From assembly GCA_045126475.1 (NCBI GenBank), contig JBGVOL010000067.1:18105-82104 (forward strand): DNA of 64,000 nucleotides, given 5' to 3'. Positions 61,701-64,000 of this stretch are shown piece after piece (position 1 is the stretch's first letter; each line of letters begins with the position of its first letter). The notes below the pieces were generated by a model that saw only the letters and a list, made by a program, of their open reading frames with translations, had not been told where the DNA came from and did no database searches. This DNA comes from Lachnospiraceae bacterium. Its GTDB lineage: Bacteria > Bacillota > Clostridia > Lachnospirales > Lachnospiraceae. A program made the position numbers and the translations under genes.

Positions 61701-62390
61701 ATGGAGCTTTCACTTGGAACAGATCAACTTAAAACATTTTTAAAATATCAGTTAGAGAATCATTTTCCGGATGGTTTAACAGAAAAAGGGTTTGGAGGAA
61801 AAGATATTGATCGTGCTATGGATATGGCATTATATAGATTAGAGAAATGTTTTAGAGCAGTGATTTTACCTGCATATAGTGATGATAGGGGAAATACATT
61901 TTTTAATCATTTACATTCGGATCAATATGCCCAGTTTTTGTATTTTTTTATGAATTCGTTATGGAAGGAATCGGAAAATAAACTAATATGCGATAAGGTT
62001 ATGTTACTTTTAAGGGATTTGAATGGCATTTTTATGACATATAAGTGCGAGATGCCTGATATTTTTTTGCTATTGCACGCAGTAGGAACGGTGATAGGAA
62101 ATGTTAAGTTTTCCGATTATCTTGTAATTCTTCAGAACGTAACCATAAATACTGGAGTAGATAATCTTGGCGCCCTGAAAATAGGAAAGGGTGTTACATT
62201 TTGTGCGGGATCAAAAGTTATTGGTGATGAACCGATAGGTGACAGAGTGAATGTTGGTGTAGATGCAGTTATTTATAAGACTAGAGTTGATAATGATAAA
62301 AGTGTTATCAGAGCATATGATGGTAGTATACAGATAAAAAAGAGTAATTTTTGCATGGCGCAGAGACATTTTAGAGATGAGATAGTGTAG
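61701..62390 (+). CDS. left-handed beta-helix acyltransferase (serine-acetyltransferase/WcaB-like)
   Basis: Helical N-terminal half followed by hexapeptide-type repeats (IGNVKFSDYLVILQNVTINTGVDNLGALKIGKGVTFCAGSKVIGDEPIGDRVNVGVDAVI). Confidence 0.6.
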   Translation: MELSLGTDQLKTFLKYQLENHFPDGLTEKGFGGKDIDRAMDMALYRLEKCFRAVILPAYSDDRGNTFFNHLHSDQYAQFLYFFMNSLWKESENKLICDKVMLLLRDLNGIFMTYKCEMPDIFLLLHAVGTVIGNVKFSDYLVILQNVTINTGVDNLGALKIGKGVTFCAGSKVIGDEPIGDRVNVGVDAVIYKTRVDNDKSVIRAYDGSIQIKKSNFCMAQRHFRDEIV

Positions 62391-62444
62391 CATTTTGACC
62401 GGGGAATTCTTATAGAGCTAAAACTAATTATGAGGAGATGTAAT

Positions 62445-64000
62445 ATGGATAGAAAGCAATATAACGAACAGTTAGATAAAGTTGAAAGAATGATTGACAA
62501 ATCGGAATATGTTGATAAATCAGTTTTTGAAGTTCTTGATGAGTTGTATGCTTTTAAGCCTGTATCTACCAGATATCATCAGCTAAAATGTAAAGCTCTA
62601 ATGAAAAATGGTGATATTTCAAATCTTTTGACAATGTATGGTGAGTTGTACAGTAAGGAAGCTGTGTATGAAGGAAATATAGAATTATGGCAGCAGTTAA
62701 TAGAGGTAATGCACCTTCAAAATAATGAAATGGAGGCTGAGAGGCAGACTTATCTACTTAACAAACTTTTATTTAATAATAAGAATTCAATAACAGAAAA
62801 GGAGTTGGATGATGTCAAAAAAGAGTTTATTAATGGTAATGAGAGTGTAGGTGTAGTTGCAAAAATGGAACAAAAATACTTTTCTTCTAATCAACAGCTT
62901 TTGGCTATGATTACATATTTGTATGGATGCCTTATGTATGAAGGTTATCGTGATAAAGAAAGAGAAAAACAGTATTATAACACGGATAATATGTTATATA
63001 TGAGTGAACGTATAAGTGATAAGTCGACAGTTATTATTATTTCGGATAAAGAAGACGAATCCGATTATGATATTTTATCCTATATGCTCCATAAGCTGGG
63101 AGTATCAGTGTATATGATATCTAAGCCAATAGAGATAGAGGGCGCATACAATCTTAAGGATACGGTTAGTATTAGTATAGATAACATTATTCAGTATGAT
63201 GATTGTGTAGTTATTCCATCTGTGTCAAATAATAGTGAAGATAAGATTAGTGAGCAGTGCAGGAATAACATTCCGTATTTAGTTGACTATATATGTAAAG
63301 AATATACAAATAAAGATTTTGCGATGGTAATTGGGCAGAATAAAAATCTTGAGAAACTTGGCAGTAACAAAGATATATCAAAAAGATTTACTAGATTAAG
63401 TTCCTATGAAGTAACTTATATGGAGGACAGAGTAGGATTTGCTAGGGCAGGAAATTACCTTTCATATATTGAAAATATGTTTGAGTGTCAGGTGAAGGAA
63501 CTTGTATATAGAAAGCCGACATGTAAATTTTCTATAGTTATTCCGGCAAGAAATTCATCAAAAACCCTAGAGTACACACTTAAAACCTGCCTTTCTCAGG
63601 ATTACCCAGGTGAGTATGAAATAGTGTTGAGTGATAATTCGTCACAAGGTAATGAACAGATATATGAACTGTATAAGGAGCTGAATGATAAGAAAATTGT
63701 ATATTATAGGACACCAAGACAGTTATCCTTATCAAAAAGTTTTGAGTATGCTTATTTGCAAACAAAAGGGGAGTTTGTCATTCCTGTTGGTTCGGATGAT
63801 GGAATATTTCCATGGGCATTACAGGCATTAGATGTAATCTTAAATAGCCGAGAATACGCTGATATTGTTGTTTGGGAAAGAGGCTTCTATGCATGGCCGG
63901 GATTTAACGGAGGACAGCAAAATCAGTTGGATATATTTAGGATTCAAGATAAGTTTGAAATAAATGTAGTTGATGTAAATAAAAAATCTATGTGGGATTT
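62445..64000 (+). CDS. large glycosyltransferase: ~370-aa N-terminal extension + GT2 domain (3' end outside window)
   Basis: Not in the ORF track because it runs off the window. My translation from ATG 62445 (GAGGAG RBS) has no stop to base 64000. The GT2 core is KFSIVIPARNSSKTLEYTLKTCLSQDYPGEYEIVLSDNSS...VIPVGSDDG. Confidence 0.7.
   Translation, partial: MDRKQYNEQLDKVERMIDKSEYVDKSVFEVLDELYAFKPVSTRYHQLKCKALMKNGDISNLLTMYGELYSKEAVYEGNIELWQQLIEVMHLQNNEMEAERQTYLLNKLLFNNKNSITEKELDDVKKEFINGNESVGVVAKMEQKYFSSNQQLLAMITYLYGCLMYEGYRDKEREKQYYNTDNMLYMSERISDKSTVIIISDKEDESDYDILSYMLHKLGVSVYMISKPIEIEGAYNLKDTVSISIDNIIQYDDCVVIPSVSNNSEDKISEQCRNNIPYLVDYICKEYTNKDFAMVIGQNKNLEKLGSNKDISKRFTRLSSYEVTYMEDRVGFARAGNYLSYIENMFECQVKELVYRKPTCKFSIVIPARNSSKTLEYTLKTCLSQDYPGEYEIVLSDNSSQGNEQIYELYKELNDKKIVYYRTPRQLSLSKSFEYAYLQTKGEFVIPVGSDDGIFPWALQALDVILNSREYADIVVWERGFYAWPGFNGGQQNQLDIFRIQDKFEINVVDVNKKSMWD

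Noticed and set aside
1-64000. Search for rRNA, tRNA, transposase, integrase and prophage genes
   Set aside because: None was recognised in any ORF or intergenic region. The accessory patches therefore have no visible mobility gene in this window, though a formal tRNAscan, Infernal or ISfinder run was not possible.

Overview
This 64-kb window is AT-rich and looks like a motile, low-GC Firmicute. A Clostridia/Lachnospiraceae-type genome fits best, because two gene blocks keep the Bacillus subtilis order: spoIIID-mbl-flhO-flhP, and comFC-yvyF-flgM-flgN-flgK-flgL-fliW-csrA-flaG-fliD-fliS-fliT. All calls come from reading the ORF translations and the DNA by eye; no searches were run. Layout: (1) 1-10.7 kb holds housekeeping and signalling genes: the end of a PurF-like gene, a GGDEF cyclase, a trigger-factor-like lipoprotein, a CDF transporter, YitT, an ABC importer, an [FeFe]-hydrogenase-like::MCP fusion and a sensor-less MCP. 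(2) 10.7-18.4 kb is an accessory patch: a DUF4143 ATPase, three GNATs, decayed gene remnants, an operator-like palindrome array, and an AbiL-like ATPase+RloB pair followed by a membrane protein. (3) 18.4-35.5 kb holds spoIIID, mbl, rod genes, recD2, comFC and the late flagellar operon, which includes two FlgK paralogues. (4) 36-45.7 kb holds a GC-rich nested repeat element, three tandem GmaR/CD0240-like GT2-TPR glycosyltransferases, and three tandem flagellin genes. Each flagellin gene has a sigma-D (sigma-28) promoter, a long leader with GGA (CsrA-type) motifs, and its own terminator. (5) 45.8 to beyond 64 kb is a glycan-biosynthesis island of at least 18 kb that also sits behind a sigma-D-like promoter. 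The island is the most interesting part. It encodes an RfbF-type cytidylyltransferase, a NeuB-like synthase lacking the SAF domain, a KdsC::GmhA fusion, a ThDP enzyme, three radical-SAM twitch/SPASM enzymes, two FkbM methyltransferases, acyl- and pyruvyl-transferases and a GT2. Seven of its proteins share one Rossmann-like N-terminal module attached to six different catalytic partners. I saw no rRNA, tRNA, CRISPR array, integrase or transposase.
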